Below are positions 24,924-32,490 of a stretch of DNA of 40,527 nucleotides, in pieces. The stretch is from a virus (Duplodnaviria; Heunggongvirae; Uroviricota; Caudoviricetes). Under the pieces are notes generated by a model that had not been told where the DNA came from, did no database searches, and saw only the letters and a list, made by a program, of their open reading frames with translations. A program made the translations under genes and the position numbers. Location of the stretch: the IMG/VR virus record IMGVR_UViG_3300047444_000069, positions 128,001-168,527 of that record. One strand, written 5' to 3'. Positions within the stretch are counted from its first letter, which is position 1; the number at the start of each line of letters is the position of its first letter.

Positions 24924-25123
24924 TGGCATACACAGACGATCAACAACGCGTCATCAACGAGCGTGACGAACTTTCCCCGAAGCTGCAACGCCTGAAAGTG
25001 TTCGTGCAATCGCCCGCATTTGTGGCACTAGATAAAACAGAGCGCGAACGGCAGACCCGGCAAGTCTGGGTCATGGGCCTGTACCTGAACGTGCTGAACG
25101 AGCGCATCGCCGCCTTCAGCTAA
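24923..25123 (+). CDS. crAss001_48-like two-helix protein
   Basis: QQRVINERDEL..KL..L..F....F..L...E.....Q...M..Y..VL.ERI..F pattern. Confidence 0.65.
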   Translation: MAYTDDQQRVINERDELSPKLQRLKVFVQSPAFVALDKTERERQTRQVWVMGLYLNVLNERIAAFS

Positions 25124-25127
25124 GACA

Positions 25128-25162
25128 AGAACCCCGAACATGGAAACGTGTTCGGGGTTTTT
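25128..25162 (+). terminator. Intrinsic terminator
   Basis: AACCCCGAACATG-GAAA-CGTGTTCGGGGTT followed by TTT. Confidence 0.85.
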
Positions 25163-25175
25163 CGTTTCTGGGCTG

Positions 25176-25203
25176 TTGACATCCATTCCCAAACCTGTAT
25201 AAT
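25176..25203 (+). promoter_or_regulatory. Early sigma70-type promoter
   Basis: TTGACA-16 nt (TCCCAAACCTG)-TATAAT followed by TCTTTTCATCG. Confidence 0.8.
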
Positions 25204-25234
25204 TCTTTTCATCGAGAACATAGGGGAGCAAGAC

Positions 25235-25399
25235 ATGGCAACTACCGCAGAACTGTTCGCAGAGAAAGCCGCTGGTCGTCGCGCATTCTGGAATGGCGAA
25301 ACCCCGCTGATGCACCCGAGTGAGTGCCCCGGCGAACTGTATGAGGCGTGGTATGACGGTTGGGACCAAGCCCGCAACGATGCCGAACGGGATGACTAA
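25235..25399 (+). CDS. Hypothetical protein
   Basis: GGGGAG RBS after the promoter. Confidence 0.6.
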   Translation: MATTAELFAEKAAGRRAFWNGETPLMHPSECPGELYEAWYDGWDQARNDAERDD

Positions 25400-25400
25400 C

Positions 25401-25547
25401 ATGGAACCCATCGTCATCAATGAAGGCGACACGGTAGATCAGGTAGTGGACAAGCTGGTCAAGAACGTATGCCCTGAAATGTTGAAGTACCTCGCTGGCC
25501 GTTTGCTGGTCGAAATCGAAGATAAGGAGAAAGAACATGCCAATTAG
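25401..25547 (+). CDS. Hypothetical protein
   Basis: Tightly packed ORF. Confidence 0.5.
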   Translation: MEPIVINEGDTVDQVVDKLVKNVCPEMLKYLAGRLLVEIEDKEKEHAN

Positions 25548-25713
25548 CAAAGAAGCCGCAGCAAACGTCGCGATGATGGTCGGAACGATGCGCGCACAGG
25601 TGCATGGACTGTTGTCGGCCTGTGACGATAGCGTCGAGCGTACCCGGCTGGAAAACTCTTTTTCCGCGTTGTCCTCTCTGCTGAACTTCTACATCAAACA
25701 AGCGGGAGAGTAA
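25537..25713 (+). CDS. Hypothetical protein (58 aa)
   Basis: TAAGGAG RBS. Confidence 0.6.
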   Translation: MPISKEAAANVAMMVGTMRAQVHGLLSACDDSVERTRLENSFSALSSLLNFYIKQAGE

Positions 25714-25715
25714 AC

Positions 25716-25943
25716 ATGACATACCGCGTAAAAGTCACCATCGAAGTCGTCAACGAAGATGACGAAGTTGTAGATCACCGTGGATGGGTCAGTCACGTCA
25801 GCCGTAGGGATTTCAAACCGCTGCGCACCACACAGTATTGGGATGGGTACGACTACGGTATCCAACAGGCACACAAGCACTTGAATTCGCTGTTCAAGAC
25901 CGTTCAGGCCATCGGAGAAATTAATGTCCGTGAAGACGATTGA
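25716..25943 (+). CDS. Hypothetical protein
   Basis: GGGAG RBS. Confidence 0.6.
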   Translation: MTYRVKVTIEVVNEDDEVVDHRGWVSHVSRRDFKPLRTTQYWDGYDYGIQQAHKHLNSLFKTVQAIGEINVREDD

Positions 25944-26148
25944 TGACTATGTGAAGAAGTATGGCTTCTGTAACTGGCAAGCACAGGAAGTCATCAAGCA
26001 GCTTGAAGTGGCGCACAAGGCGCTGATCGAGACTGCGAAGTTCTTCGATATGCGTCAGCGTGAATTGGGCTGTCTGTCCGACGAAGCCCAAGCCATCAAC
26101 GACAAAGTTTGTGCGGCAATCGCAGTATGTGAAGCAAGGGGTCTATGA
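25924..26148 (+). CDS. Hypothetical protein
   Basis: GGAG RBS. Confidence 0.6.
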   Translation: MSVKTIDDYVKKYGFCNWQAQEVIKQLEVAHKALIETAKFFDMRQRELGCLSDEAQAINDKVCAAIAVCEARGL

Positions 26149-26318
26149 AACTACTGTATCGTCTGAACGTGTTTGTGGCCGGGATGTTGGACTTTCGCAA
26201 CCCGGTTGACCCCTACTACGCCGACAAGCGCGACTACCGCACCTACAATAGTGGTCGCAACCTGTCGAATCGTCTGACGTTCCACTTCTTTGAATGGAGA
26301 CAACAATGGCCGACCTGA
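26145..26318 (+). CDS. Hypothetical protein (57 aa)
   Basis: ATGA coupling and AAGGGG RBS. Confidence 0.5.
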   Translation: MKLLYRLNVFVAGMLDFRNPVDPYYADKRDYRTYNSGRNLSNRLTFHFFEWRQQWPT

Positions 26319-26491
26319 CCGATACCCAAAGACTGGACTTCATCTTCGACCATCGGCCTATGTTCGATGAAGATAATCGCGGCCCATTCATGGTGTTCCG
26401 GTTCGAAGGCCATCACTGCGTCTCGCGCGGCAAGACCTATCGCCAGTGCATTGACAATGTTACGACCGGGAACTACAAGTACACGGACTAG
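26306..26491 (+). CDS. Hypothetical protein
   Basis: GGAG RBS; TDTQRLDFI motif. Confidence 0.6.
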   Translation: MADLTDTQRLDFIFDHRPMFDEDNRGPFMVFRFEGHHCVSRGKTYRQCIDNVTTGNYKYTD

Positions 26492-26796
26492 ACGATTCCG
26501 TATCGCTTCTTCATCGCGACCAATTCCTTTCTGGCCCCTTCGACCATGATCACCGACATATCGATGTCGGTTTTCTTTTTGAAGGCGCGAAGGTCTTCAT
26601 ACAAATCCTTCGGCACCTTGAAACTCATGGTCTGGGTCGCGGCCTTCTCTGGAAACTTGAACGTATCTGCGGCCTCTACAGCGGGATGAACGGGTTCCGC
26701 TGCTACTTCGGTACTCGTCGGTACGTTCGAGCGCCGTGCGGCCTCGTCTGCCAACTGCTGGACCACATCTGGTATCGGCGCGAATCCCTTACTCAT
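26488..26796 (-). CDS. ParG-like ribbon-helix-helix partition adaptor
   Basis: Low-complexity N-terminus plus C-terminal TMSFKVPKDLYEDLRAF...MSVIMVEG RHH pattern; start overlaps the parA stop. Confidence 0.65.
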   Translation of the reverse strand: MSKGFAPIPDVVQQLADEAARRSNVPTSTEVAAEPVHPAVEAADTFKFPEKAATQTMSFKVPKDLYEDLRAFKKKTDIDMSVIMVEGARKELVAMKKRYGIV

Positions 26797-27439
26797 CGAA
26801 CACCCCCGCATAGATCGTTTCGATTTCGTCTTGTGCCTGTTCTGCGTCCCGGTTCCTACGTAGTTCCATGACGCCCTTTCCCTCTGATGCCGCCACGCCG
26901 AACGCGTTGCGCTTCACGACCTTGATCGGATCACATCCAAACGTTTCCTTCAGCTTGTCGAATTCTTCTTGCAAGCTGACTGTCAACTGATTCCTGTCGT
27001 TCCCCGTCAGCTTGTTCATCACCGTGACGACCCGGAAGGTTCGCCCGCTGGCCCGCATGGTATTGATCATCTGGGCCATCGCGGTGAGTGACCAGACATC
27101 GTACTGACCGGCCTCTGCTGGCAACACAAGTACATCACATGCGCCGACCGCATAGATCAGTTCGGGTGAGTTCTTCCCACCAACATCCACGATCACTGTA
27201 TCAATGCCCTCGCGTTCTGCCATCAAGTCGGAGTAAATGTTACCCGTCATCTTTGATAAGAGGATATTGGGTTCGACGTTCTTCTGGCGGCGCAGCATTC
27301 CCCACATGTAAGCGTACTCATCCGTGTCCGAGTCGATCAGCTTCACTGTGTGTCCTCGCAGTGTCCGACTGACGGCGAGATTCGTGGCTATCGTGGTCTT
27401 CCCCACTCCACCTTTTCTTGTTGCGACAGCTATCAGCAT
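26789..27439 (-). CDS. parA: ParA/ParF-family partition ATPase (type Ib-like)
   Basis: Deviant Walker A KGGVGKTT, LIDSD, VIVDVGG, DVLVLP; about 216 aa with no N-terminal HTH; GGAG RBS. Confidence 0.9.
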   Translation of the reverse strand: MLIAVATRKGGVGKTTIATNLAVSRTLRGHTVKLIDSDTDEYAYMWGMLRRQKNVEPNILLSKMTGNIYSDLMAEREGIDTVIVDVGGKNSPELIYAVGACDVLVLPAEAGQYDVWSLTAMAQMINTMRASGRTFRVVTVMNKLTGNDRNQLTVSLQEEFDKLKETFGCDPIKVVKRNAFGVAASEGKGVMELRRNRDAEQAQDEIETIYAGVFDE

Positions 27440-27451
27440 GGGTATCTCCAT

Positions 27452-27480
27452 CTGTATAGACGCATATACAGCCGTATATG
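27452..27480. repeat. Overlapping GTATA/TATAC inverted repeats upstream of parA (operator/centromere candidate)
   Basis: CTGTATA-6-TATACAG and CATATAC-4-GTATATG. Confidence 0.5.
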
Positions 27481-27544
27481 TGACCCTGAACTTGACTACC
27501 GGTGCAGACTAGCAGCAAATTCTCTACGTGGCAACAGAAAGTGC

Positions 27545-27572
27545 TTGACGTAAATTCCCACGTCTGTATAAT
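27545..27572 (+). promoter_or_regulatory. Early sigma70-type promoter
   Basis: TTGACG-16 nt (TTCCCACGTCTG)-TATAAT. Confidence 0.75.
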
Positions 27573-27605
27573 CCGTCTCACCGAAACACATCTGGGGTGA
27601 CATAT

Positions 27606-27842
27606 ATGATCGCATGTTGGACGGTAGTGGATGAAGGTTTCGATGTCGAAGTCTACGCAACGGCGTATTCGGTTGCGAAGGTCATCGAAAGTCGTGGATT
27701 GGCGCTGGAACCGGAAGCCGATGGACCGGCTGATTTGGGTATGATCCTGTTCGTATTGAACAAGTGTGATCGCGGTCGTTTCTATGAACCCGGTCAACGG
27801 ACGTGGAAGTACAAGGCGCAAGCACAGTACAACATCAAGTGA
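27606..27842 (+). CDS. Hypothetical protein
   Basis: GGGG RBS after the promoter. Confidence 0.6.
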   Translation: MIACWTVVDEGFDVEVYATAYSVAKVIESRGLALEPEADGPADLGMILFVLNKCDRGRFYEPGQRTWKYKAQAQYNIK

Positions 27843-27849
27843 GGAAGAC

Positions 27850-28023
27850 ATGAAGAACTATCCCGTCATCTTCGAGAAGGACCATTGGATTTACCGGGAG
27901 TACGGCATCTGGCCGCAAGGCTTCGAATTCGTCGTGATGTCCCCGGAAGGCAAGGTGATCAAGAAGTACCCGACGATGCACCAAGCCAAGGAAGCCATCG
28001 ACAAACTTGTTGATGAAAAGTAG
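27850..28023 (+). CDS. Hypothetical protein
   Basis: GAGG RBS. Confidence 0.6.
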   Translation: MKNYPVIFEKDHWIYREYGIWPQGFEFVVMSPEGKVIKKYPTMHQAKEAIDKLVDEK

Positions 28024-28051
28024 TTGACAAGAATACCCAGACCTGTATAAT
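28024..28051 (+). promoter_or_regulatory. Early sigma70-type promoter
   Basis: TTGACA-16 nt (CCCAGACCTG)-TATAAT followed by TCTTTTCATCGAC. Confidence 0.8.
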
Positions 28052-28083
28052 TCTTTTCATCGACAACGCACTTGGGAGCAAAC

Positions 28084-28323
28084 ATGAACCTGACCAAACA
28101 GATGCAACAACTGGTTCTGGATGCGCAAGCTGCGGGCTACACGGTGCGCAACGACCACGAAGCGTGCCTTGACATCGTGAAGTTGACGAAGCACACCAAG
28201 CCCCGCGTGATCAAGGGTCTGCGCATCTGGGCTGATGGTAACGCCATCGACGCCACGATGGACCTCGCTGCGGCAAAGGCCATCAAGACGCAGAAGGAAT
28301 GGCGCAAGTTCCTCGGCATCTAA
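28084..28323 (+). CDS. Hypothetical protein
   Basis: GGGAG RBS. Confidence 0.65.
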   Translation: MNLTKQMQQLVLDAQAAGYTVRNDHEACLDIVKLTKHTKPRVIKGLRIWADGNAIDATMDLAAAKAIKTQKEWRKFLGI

Positions 28324-28337
28324 AGGGAGTAGAAAAC

Positions 28338-28556
28338 ATGAATGATGTTGTCCTCATACCGGAAGGCACTGACCGATCCCCGCTTGGTGTGTCCGTCGAG
28401 ATTCGGACGGAAGGCGACACGAAGTACGTGACGATCCTCGCACGGCTTCATGTGAACAAGCGGTTCGAATTGCCGCACTGCTATTCGGCCAAGTTCACGA
28501 CCGCCGAAATCCTGCGTGACCATTCGTTCTACAAGTACCTCAGTCGCTACAACTGA
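28338..28556 (+). CDS. Hypothetical protein
   Basis: AGGGAG RBS. Confidence 0.6.
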   Translation: MNDVVLIPEGTDRSPLGVSVEIRTEGDTKYVTILARLHVNKRFELPHCYSAKFTTAEILRDHSFYKYLSRYN

Positions 28557-28571
28557 TCCCACATTTGGGTG

Positions 28572-28599
28572 TTGACAAACAATCCCAAACCTGTATAAT
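28572..28599 (+). promoter_or_regulatory. Early sigma70-type promoter
   Basis: TTGACA-16 nt (TCCCAAACCTG)-TATAAT. Confidence 0.8.
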
Positions 28600-28632
28600 C
28601 CTTCTCATACCAACTTCATCAGGAGATTCAAT

Positions 28633-28845
28633 ATGAACGCATCGCAACGTCGCATCGCAATCCGCGCACTCCCGAAGCAAGGCGCGAAGGTTGGCTACCA
28701 CGGCAAGAACGGTCTGGTCGAAGTCCGCATCGGTAAGCCGGTGATGTCCCTGCGTGGCAACAAGGTCAGCGTGCATCGCGTGAACGTCACGAACCCCGCC
28801 ACGCGCGGTCGTGCCAACCCGAAGTACTCGCAACTGGTGTTCTGA
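28633..28845 (+). CDS. Hypothetical basic protein
   Basis: AGGAG RBS. Confidence 0.65.
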   Translation: MNASQRRIAIRALPKQGAKVGYHGKNGLVEVRIGKPVMSLRGNKVSVHRVNVTNPATRGRANPKYSQLVF

Positions 28846-28847
28846 TC

Positions 28848-29036
28848 ATGCCGCGTTGCGGAGACTGCGCATACAGTCAAGAATTCTATCCAGCGGAAGA
28901 CGGCGAACCGGGCGCTAACCTATGTTACTACCCGGCACTCCTTCTTCCGATTTCGATGATCGGTGCATCCCTTGGCGCGAAGGAAACGGTCGATCCTGAA
29001 CGCACTGACTGTCGCTGTTGGACGGCAAAGGACTGA
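28848..29036 (+). CDS. Hypothetical Cys-rich protein
   Basis: CGDC...C...CRCW. Confidence 0.5.
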   Translation: MPRCGDCAYSQEFYPAEDGEPGANLCYYPALLLPISMIGASLGAKETVDPERTDCRCWTAKD

Positions 29037-29038
29037 CC

Positions 29039-29185
29039 ATGTACAAGACTGAACAGAAGCCGCGAATCAAGATCACGATGGGCTACTACCACGTAGCCTT
29101 CGATGACCAGTGTCCGATCCTGCATCTGTGGACGATGGCGTTCGACTGGTGTTACGACATGAATGGGAAAAGATTCAAGAAGTAG
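29039..29185 (+). CDS. Small hypothetical protein
   Basis: AAGGA RBS; 48 aa. Confidence 0.45.
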   Translation: MYKTEQKPRIKITMGYYHVAFDDQCPILHLWTMAFDWCYDMNGKRFKK

Positions 29186-29214
29186 TTGACACGTTCGCCC
29201 AAGTCTGGGATAAT
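29186..29214 (+). promoter_or_regulatory. Early sigma70-type promoter
   Basis: TTGACA-17 nt (CCCAAGTCTGG)-GATAAT followed by TCTTTCATCG. Confidence 0.7.
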
Positions 29215-29246
29215 TCTTTCATCGCAACGAACACGGAGTTTCCTAC

Positions 29247-29600
29247 ATGAACGGAATCGTCAAGACTGGCCCGGAAGTCATCGTGCGCATCGGCCAATTC
29301 GTCACGGCGCTGGAAGCGTACTGCAACGAAGTCAGCACGGTGAAGCACATCTACTCGCATGTCATCGAAGCGCAGATCGGCAAGAAGTACGCCCGCATCG
29401 TGCGTCGTGACAAGTGGCCGGATCAGGAACCGACTGGCGGTTCGGCGCACTGCTTCATCGATCTGTCGAACGGCAACATCTTGAAGGCCGATGGTTGGAA
29501 GAAGCCCGCACCGCAAGTTCGCGGCAACATCTTCAAGGAAGACTTCGACATCGGCCAAGGCAAGGCGGTTGGTGAGTTCGGTGCGGCATACCTTCGATAA
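29247..29600 (+). CDS. Conserved phage hypothetical protein
   Basis: GKKYARIV...SAHCFID...G.ILKA.GWKKPA...RGNI pattern; GGAG RBS. Confidence 0.75.
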   Translation: MNGIVKTGPEVIVRIGQFVTALEAYCNEVSTVKHIYSHVIEAQIGKKYARIVRRDKWPDQEPTGGSAHCFIDLSNGNILKADGWKKPAPQVRGNIFKEDFDIGQGKAVGEFGAAYLR

Positions 29601-29623
29601 CAAGTTGTAAAAAGGAAGAAGAA

Positions 29624-29860
29624 GTGAAGAACTGGTTCATCAACAAGTGGAACTCCCTCTCGCGCGCCGTCTCCTGCATCGTCGGCGCACTCAACTGGAA
29701 GGTCTTGGTTCTGTATGGCGCAATCGTGCTGCACTGGTCCTTGACCTATCTATCCCTTTCGCACCTGTTCATCTCCCTTGTCATCGCGGCCTTCATTGAT
29801 GGCCTCGCGTTCCGCCAAGGTATCGAGAACGAGCGTCACTGGAACAACAAACAAAGATGA
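29624..29860 (+). CDS. Hypothetical membrane protein
   Basis: Two hydrophobic segments. Confidence 0.55.
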   Translation: MKNWFINKWNSLSRAVSCIVGALNWKVLVLYGAIVLHWSLTYLSLSHLFISLVIAAFIDGLAFRQGIENERHWNNKQR

Positions 29861-30093
29861 CTGAAGAAGCAAAAGAACAGGGTGAATCCCTGTTCACCGT
29901 GAAGTTGAATTTCAAATCAGGGAATTCAGTAGTCCTGTATAATCTGACCAAGTGGAAGATTGAAGCCGGGACGTTGAATTGGGCGTTCCATAAGGATCAT
30001 GAAGGCCCGATGATTTTTGATCCGATGTTCAAGATTGGTGACGTTGAAATGTGCCAATACGAAGTACAAAAGGAACTGGTGAAGTTCCAGTAA
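29857..30093 (+). CDS. Hypothetical protein
   Basis: ATGA coupling. Confidence 0.55.
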   Translation: MTEEAKEQGESLFTVKLNFKSGNSVVLYNLTKWKIEAGTLNWAFHKDHEGPMIFDPMFKIGDVEMCQYEVQKELVKFQ

Positions 30094-30123
30094 ACAAGAA
30101 AACTAGAGAAAGAAGAAAACACC

Positions 30124-31191
30124 ATGAGCAACAATCTTCGCAAGTTCCCGAGCATCGACCAGTACAAGAACGTGATCACGAACATCCGTCAGTACTGCAA
30201 AAAGCATGAACAACCGCTTCCGACCCTGACGTTCGAAGGCACGATCAAGCTGCATGGCACGAACGGCGGCATCGGTCTGAATCTCGCAACGGGTGAACTG
30301 TGGGCGCAATCGCGCGAACGCATCATCACGCCGTATGACGACAACGCAGCGTTTGCCAAGTTCGTTGAAGCGAACAAGGACCAATGGCGCACGTTCCTCG
30401 CATCGGTGATCGAATCGGATGTGGTGAAGCTGGAAGGCGCACAGTTCGCCGTAGAAAGCTTCCAGAAGGCCCGCGTGGTCATCTTTGGGGAATGGGCTGG
30501 TCCGAACATCCAAAAGGGCGTGGCGATCAGTCAAATCGAGTCCAAATCGTTCTTCCCGTTCGACATCAAGGTCTACATTCCGGGCGCTGATGACGAAGAC
30601 GTTCTGGTCCTGACGTATGACCCGATGGACTTCCCAATGCTGACGCTGATCCCGGACACATATCGCATCGGTTCGTTCCAAACGCACACACTGGACATCG
30701 ACTTCGCCCGTCCGCAAGACTTTCAGAACGAACTTGTCGATCTGACGCTGAAGGTCGAAGAAAACTGCCCGGTTGCTGCTGAGTTCGGACAGTCGGGTGT
30801 CGGTGAAGGTATCGTCTGGTACAACCGCGAAACGGGTCTGCGCTTCAAGGTGAAGGGCGAGAAGCACTCGATGTCGAAGGTTTCGACGGTCAAGCCGATC
30901 AGCGAAGAAGAACTCGCGCGTATCAGCACGATCAAGAACTTCGTGGATACGGTAGTCACGGACAACCGCCTGAACCAAGGTCTGGACAAGCTGCGCGAGA
31001 TGGGTAAGCCCCTCACGGTGCAATCGACGGGTGAATACATCAAGTGGGTCGTTGGTGACGTGCTGAAGGAAGAAATGGACCTGATCGTCGCGTCCATGCT
31101 GGACAAGAAGGAACTGAATCCCGCGATGTCGAACAAGGCGAAAGACTTCTACTTCGCATTCCTCAATTCGCAAGATTCGTTGGCTGCTTAA
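30124..31191 (+). CDS. RNA ligase, Rnl2 family
   Basis: KLHGTN (motif I), QSR, FGEW.G..IQKG, FDI, EGIV and FKVK nucleotidyltransferase motifs. Confidence 0.85.
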   Translation: MSNNLRKFPSIDQYKNVITNIRQYCKKHEQPLPTLTFEGTIKLHGTNGGIGLNLATGELWAQSRERIITPYDDNAAFAKFVEANKDQWRTFLASVIESDVVKLEGAQFAVESFQKARVVIFGEWAGPNIQKGVAISQIESKSFFPFDIKVYIPGADDEDVLVLTYDPMDFPMLTLIPDTYRIGSFQTHTLDIDFARPQDFQNELVDLTLKVEENCPVAAEFGQSGVGEGIVWYNRETGLRFKVKGEKHSMSKVSTVKPISEEELARISTIKNFVDTVVTDNRLNQGLDKLREMGKPLTVQSTGEYIKWVVGDVLKEEMDLIVASMLDKKELNPAMSNKAKDFYFAFLNSQDSLAA

Positions 31192-31202
31192 CAAAGTTGG
31201 AA

Positions 31203-32477
31203 ATGATGGCAACAAAACCCAAATTCAAATTCACTGAAGAACAGAACACGGCTATTGCGGCCATCAAAGAGTACGCAACAGAGATGTTCTCGCCATCATG
31301 GTACTTCGCCTTCACCGGCCCCGCTGGTTCGGGTAAGACGGCGTGCATGATGGAAGTACAGAGCGTCATGCACAGTCTGAACCTGCGCATCATCTTCACT
31401 GCACCGACGAACAAGGCAGCGAAGGTTCTGCGCAACATCGTTGGCAAAGCTGAGACAACGTACAAGTTCCTGAACCTGCGTGTCTCGGCTGATGGCGAAA
31501 TCAAGCGCATCGCACGCGGTAAAGACCCGGACCTGTCGCACCTTGACATTCTGGTGGTCGATGAAAGTTCGATGGTCAACCGCGAACTGTTCGAATACCT
31601 TCAGGAAGCGGCCACACGTTGGGGTTTCAAGGTGGTCTTCATGGGCGATTCGTTCCAGTTGCCGCCAGTGAATGAGAAGGAATCCAAAACGTTGAATGGT
31701 AAGTCGGCGGCTGCACTGACGACTGTGATGCGCCATGACAACCAAATCCTGACGTTCGCAACGAAGGTTCGCGGACAGATCGGCAAGGAACGTCCGCGCA
31801 TCGAACTGGTTGACGACAACGACGAAGAAGAAGGTGTCTGGGTTCTCGATGCTGACGAGTTCCAACACCTGATCTTCAATGCCGCCAAGGAAGGTCACTT
31901 CAATGACGGAGAGACGGCCAAGGTTGTTGCGTGGCGCAACAAGACGGTCGCGTACTACAACAACATCATCCGATACGGCATCTTCGGAAAGAAGGCTGAA
32001 CCCGGTTACTTCCTGTTGAACGAACGCATCTCTGCCGGTTCGCCGTGTATCTGGGGCGAGACACCGCTGATGCACACGGATGATGGTGGTGTGATCCTCG
32101 ACATCAACGAAGGTACGCACACGTTCTATCCCGACTTCAAGGTCTTCAGGCTGACGGTGAAGCCCGATGATGTTGAGAAGAACGTGACGCTGACGGTGGT
32201 TCACCCGGACAGCAAAGACGACCTCGAAGATTACTTCGATGAACTGGCAGCGACAGCCAAGCGCACGAAGCGATGGGACCAGTTCTGGGAAGCGAAAGAG
32301 TACTTCCATGATGTGCGCTATGGCTATGCAGAGACGGCGCACAAGGCCCAAGGTTCGACGTATCGAGATGTCTACGTGGATTCGGGCGACATCCTGATGA
32401 ACAAGAACAAAGAAGAAGCGTACCGCTGTTTCTACGTGGGCTGTACGCGTCCGACGACCCGATTGATTTTGACTTAA
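31203..32477 (+). CDS. dda: SF1B DNA helicase Dda
   Basis: GPAGSGKT, APTNKAA, VVDESSM, GD..QLPPV, TAHKAQGSTY and YVGCTR motifs. Confidence 0.9.
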   Translation: MMATKPKFKFTEEQNTAIAAIKEYATEMFSPSWYFAFTGPAGSGKTACMMEVQSVMHSLNLRIIFTAPTNKAAKVLRNIVGKAETTYKFLNLRVSADGEIKRIARGKDPDLSHLDILVVDESSMVNRELFEYLQEAATRWGFKVVFMGDSFQLPPVNEKESKTLNGKSAAALTTVMRHDNQILTFATKVRGQIGKERPRIELVDDNDEEEGVWVLDADEFQHLIFNAAKEGHFNDGETAKVVAWRNKTVAYYNNIIRYGIFGKKAEPGYFLLNERISAGSPCIWGETPLMHTDDGGVILDINEGTHTFYPDFKVFRLTVKPDDVEKNVTLTVVHPDSKDDLEDYFDELAATAKRTKRWDQFWEAKEYFHDVRYGYAETAHKAQGSTYRDVYVDSGDILMNKNKEEAYRCFYVGCTRPTTRLILT

Positions 32478-32490
32478 CAAGGTATCCTAG

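Noticed and set aside
25176-29246. CRISPR-like array suggested by recurring 40-nt sequences
   Set aside because: The repeats are degenerate promoters separated by whole genes, not by constant-length spacers, and no cas genes are present.
31296-32480. 394-aa minus-strand ORF, and similar long antisense ORFs at 30103-31215, 9284-10324, 4096-4695, 39706-40383 and 912-1610
   Set aside because: They mirror well-supported genes on the other strand, have no recognisable motifs, and are expected shadows of biased codon usage.
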